Virus record (IMG/VR): IMGVR_UViG_2690315748_000001
Location: 124,652 to 154,442 of that record
Direction: 5' to 3' (one strand)
Length of the DNA: 29,791 nucleotides
Origin: a virus
Taxonomy: Duplodnaviria > Heunggongvirae > Uroviricota > Caudoviricetes
Shown: one piece after another, positions 27,361 to 29,791 of the stretch
Numbering within the stretch: position 1 is the stretch's first letter
Layout of the letters: every line of letters starts with the position of its first letter
The notes under the pieces: model-generated
What the model was told of the DNA's origin: nothing
Seen by the model: only the letters and a program-made list of their open reading frames with translations
Databases searched by the model: none
Position numbers and translations under genes: made by a program

Positions 27361-27861
27361 TCACTCCATAAGACTTTTATCTACAAGTTTGGCGCGAATC
27401 TGCTCTTTAAACTCTTCCACTTCTTCCATTTTGCTATCGAAGTTTTCAAGAACCTTAGAAATTTCGCTTTGCACTTTTCCAATTTCATTCTCGTCAAACG
27501 ACATAAATATTTGAAACATAGTTCCTGTGTTCGTCATATGTTCAATAGCCTTCAATTGCTCTGCAAATTTATTCGGCAATTCTAAAGTTGTGAAATGTTT
27601 GATGAGCATAAAAATCATATATGGCACAAGAACAGTTTCGATTTGACCCTTGTTCTTTACGCGAACATGATCAAGCTTTTCGATCAATTCTTGACAGCAT
27701 TGTGTAATTTGCACTGTGGCAAAGTGTTTGTAAATCTCCACCACGAAACTTTCGATCTTCCCATCAATCTCCATTTGAACAAGAACTTCTTTTAGATTTT
27801 CAAATTTTTCGCTTGCCCTTTCGATTAGATGAAAATCAAGATTGCGGTATGTTTCTGTCAT
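27361..27861 (-). CDS. Putative tail assembly chaperone (166 aa)
   Basis: Acidic, helical ORF immediately after the major tail protein. SD AAGGAGG. The function is inferred from position only. Confidence 0.5.
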   Translation of the reverse strand: MTETYRNLDFHLIERASEKFENLKEVLVQMEIDGKIESFVVEIYKHFATVQITQCCQELIEKLDHVRVKNKGQIETVLVPYMIFMLIKHFTTLELPNKFAEQLKAIEHMTNTGTMFQIFMSFDENEIGKVQSEISKVLENFDSKMEEVEEFKEQIRAKLVDKSLME

Positions 27862-27895
27862 TATTTCCTCCTTTTATACTCATAGATGAAGACAC

Positions 27896-27933
27896 AAAAA
27901 AAATGGTGAAAGGGAAATTTCCCTCTCACCATT
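27896..27933 (-). terminator. Intrinsic terminator after the major tail gene
   Basis: Minus strand AATGGTGAGAGGG-AAATTT-CCCTTTCACCATT followed by a T run. Confidence 0.88.
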
Positions 27934-27968
27934 AAAGTGTTTGTTCAGTACTTTCTTCGGCTTTTTGG
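27931..27968 (-). promoter_or_regulatory. Recurring intergenic motif, copy B (CCAAAAAGCCGAAGAAAGTACTG...CACTTTAAT)
   Basis: Shares a perfect 13-mer with copy A. It has CGAAGA-N17-TTTAAT spacing, as in copy C. Confidence 0.55.
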
Positions 27969-27973
27969 GCAAA

Positions 27974-28729
27974 TTAGTAACGAACAAGTTTAACCATTTC
28001 AGTACTCCGAGGGTCTTTAAATACATCAAGAGCCATATCGAATACGGAAGGGTCGCCATCAGGTTGCATTGTCAGCGTGAACGCGGAACCGATCTTAGCT
28101 TTAGGAATGACGATCTGTACTTTCTCATCCTTACCTGTAGCTTCGGAACGCCAGAAAGTCTTACCAACAACGCGGTAGAATCCACCAAACTTATCAGAGT
28201 GCAGAGTAATTACCTCAGACTCATCAACTGTTTGATAAGTAAAATAAACGATTACAGTTGTGCCTACAGCTAAGGAAGCAGCAGGAACAGTAATGTCTTT
28301 ACCAGTTACAGTGATAGAAGCAGAAGTAACTTCTTTGTCCTGACCATAACCATCTGTTGATTCGAAGATTTGTACGGAACCTGTGTCTGGAGTTTCGTCC
28401 AGAGCGATCTTCGAGTTACCAGAACCATCGTCAACTGTTACAGCTACGATACGCTCATAGATCGTCTCTATTTTCTTCTCGACCTCAGTGCCAGACTGCA
28501 TTGCGATTGCTTTAGGGTTCAGCAACGCATCCTGTACGTTAAACGTAGCAGTACGGTTGAAGTCCCAAGAAATCAGTCGTGGGTTCCCTTTACCACCGTT
28601 TGCGTATACAGTTTCAGCGGCATTTTCCAGATTGGACAACTTCAAAGTGTCCAAGAACAGTTCAGCTTTACCAGTGAGCAGATTATAAAAAATTACATCT
28701 GCAACTTCCTTAACACCAAAACGTGCCAT
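27974..28729 (-). CDS. Major tail (tube) protein (251 aa)
   Basis: FGVKEVADV.FY...LFLDTLK.S.LE...VYANGGKGNPRLI.WD...QDAL...FTLTMQPDGDPSVFDM.LDV pattern of SPbeta-like tail tube proteins. Strong SD and a strong terminator downstream. Confidence 0.82.
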   Translation of the reverse strand: MARFGVKEVADVIFYNLLTGKAELFLDTLKLSNLENAAETVYANGGKGNPRLISWDFNRTATFNVQDALLNPKAIAMQSGTEVEKKIETIYERIVAVTVDDGSGNSKIALDETPDTGSVQIFESTDGYGQDKEVTSASITVTGKDITVPAASLAVGTTVIVYFTYQTVDESEVITLHSDKFGGFYRVVGKTFWRSEATGKDEKVQIVIPKAKIGSAFTLTMQPDGDPSVFDMALDVFKDPRSTEMVKLVRY

Positions 28730-28773
28730 GTGTAATCATCTCCTTTGAGAAATCATATTTAGTGCGCTCATAC

Positions 28774-28812
28774 ATAATAGTGGTTAGCACATACATTCTT
28801 CGTCTATTTTGG
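28774..28812 (-). promoter_or_regulatory. Recurring intergenic motif, copy C (CCAAAATAGACGAAGAATGTA...CACTATTAT); candidate late promoter for the major tail gene
   Basis: 18/21 match to copy B with one gap. It has CGAAGA-N17-TATTAT spacing and lies in the 92-bp gap upstream of the major tail gene. Confidence 0.45.
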
Positions 28813-28821
28813 ATACAGAAA

Positions 28822-29569
28822 CTAAGCCTTACTAGACCAGTGCGTCAGCTTAACATCTTTTGCTCCTGCCAAGATAGATTTAATACTGATATCATATTGG
28901 TCAATAATCTCCATACGTTTAAATTTCCTATACACTTGGTATACAGTTAAGTCAGGGACGTTGAGTTCATTAATGCCATATGACTTGGATGATATAGCTG
29001 ACAGAATATCGTAGAAGTCAATATCCTTCTCATCATCTCCATCTGAGTCTTGATGCTGTTTCTTTTTTAACTCATCTCTTCTTCTAGCAACTGCATCCAT
29101 TTGCTCTTTCAACTTTCGAGTTTTCCTCGTCAGCAGGATCAAAGTTGTCCATTTTTTTCTCATCAAAGCTATTGATGTAATTCTGCCATTTGATAACTTC
29201 CTGAATCTCATGGTAGTTTTCTTTATTGACAATAAGGATTTCTTCGTCGCTGATTTTAATGAATACGCGACAATCCTCTTTATCAAGAACAACTTCTGTC
29301 CCACCAAGAAAGAGCGCCATTGCTTGCTCGAAGGCACTCTCAATTTCTTGACCACCATATACCATCAGCAGTTCAAGGACATGTATTTCTTCTGGTGGAT
29401 TTTCAAGAAAATCTTTTGTCGTCAGCGTCATGATATTCAAACACTTCATATACTCCGAGTAACCTATATCAACGATCTCGCGTACTGTGAGCGGTGCTAT
29501 GTCTCCATAACCTTTGGCGTTGATCGCTCTACCAGTGAAGAGTTTGAGCTTCAAATCAATATCTTGCAT
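28822..29569 (-). pseudogene. Frameshifted tail-region gene (~248 aa if joined)
   Basis: The ORF from 29569 (SD AAGGAGTG) reads ...NFDPADEE and then stops at 29084. The +1 frame continues TRKLKEQM...DFYDILSAIS...LTVYQVY...QYDISIKSILAGA...HW. The span is 748 = 3x249+1. Confidence 0.65.
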
Positions 29570-29582
29570 TGAATATCACTCC

Positions 29583-29791
29583 TTAAAACTCTGTAGTGGT
29601 AGCAGCAATTCTGAAACCTTCAAATTGTTCATTTACAACCGTATGGTCGGCACTTACAAAATGAATCTCTCCAAGACCCTCAACATTCTTATCTTTGAAT
29701 GAATCAAGAATCAATTTAGCTATCTCATAAGGTCTAATGACTTTTTTTTCATTATCCATGAATAGCCAAATGTCTTTGTGAACAACGATAT
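29583..29791 (-). CDS. Tail completion/terminator-like protein, C-terminal part (runs off the window; absent from the ORF track)
   Basis: Hand translation: IVVHKDIWLFMDNEKKVIRPYEIAKLILDSFKDKNVEGLGEIHF...NEQFEGFRIAATTTEF*, with the stop at 29583-29585. Confidence 0.6.
   Translation of the reverse strand, partial: IVVHKDIWLFMDNEKKVIRPYEIAKLILDSFKDKNVEGLGEIHFVSADHTVVNEQFEGFRIAATTTEF

Larger units (their letters stand above)
1..29791 (-). mobile_element. Tail morphogenesis and adsorption module of a large SPbeta-like siphophage/prophage (Bacillales-type host)
   Basis: All real genes are on the minus strand with Firmicutes-type SD sequences (GGAGG/GGAGTG). Gene order is tail completion - major tail - chaperone - tape measure - Dit - Tal - baseplate/RBP genes. 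No sheath gene was seen. Confidence 0.93.

Noticed and set aside
27361-27430. Classical -1 G/GT slippery site at the end of the chaperone-like gene
   Set aside because: No in-frame X XXY YYZ heptamer was found, and the next gene has its own SD and ATG.
9757-28729. eCIS/T6SS/tailocin interpretation of the PAAR-like gene
   Set aside because: No sheath, wedge or LysM genes were seen. The Dit-Tal-long tape measure layout is siphophage-like.
28730-28821. Canonical sigma-A promoter TAGACG...TATTAT upstream of the major tail gene
   Set aside because: The spacer would be 21 nt, too long for sigma-A.
1566-28950. The many short plus-strand ORFs and alternate-frame minus-strand ORFs in the track (e.g. 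3043-3510, 19731-20195, 23171-23680, 5021-5470)
   Set aside because: They overlap long, coherent minus-strand genes, lack SD sequences and have no recognisable motifs, so they are shadow ORFs.
1-29791. CRISPR array, tRNA/rRNA, IS or intron
   Set aside because: No regularly spaced repeats, cloverleaf or rRNA-like sequence, transposase, or unexplained non-coding gap larger than ~130 bp was seen.

Overview
The whole window is one co-oriented (minus-strand) late/tail module of a large Bacillales-type long-tailed phage or prophage, with synteny like SPbeta-type siphophages. In transcription order (right to left) it encodes: tail-completion protein (partial); a frameshifted ~248-aa tail gene; major tail protein; a chaperone-like gene; a second frameshifted gene; an intact tyrosine recombinase; a DUF1617-like protein; a 2670-aa tape measure; a distal-tail (Dit) gene apparently split in two around an inserted fibre-like gene; a 1590-aa Tal/central spike; a PAAR-like spike tip; several baseplate/structural genes; and an array of at least four paralogous discoidin (F5/8-type C)-containing receptor-binding proteins, the last running off the left edge and missing from the ORF track. 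No sheath, capsid, lysis, rRNA, tRNA or CRISPR features were seen. The most unusual points are a spike with a PAAR-like cap on a non-contractile tail, a modular adhesin array carrying a perfect in-frame 43-bp repeat with a palindromic core, the split Dit, a recurring intergenic motif next to terminators, a recombinase embedded in the tail operon, and two +1 frameshifts. All domain calls come from motif recognition by eye, not from database searches.
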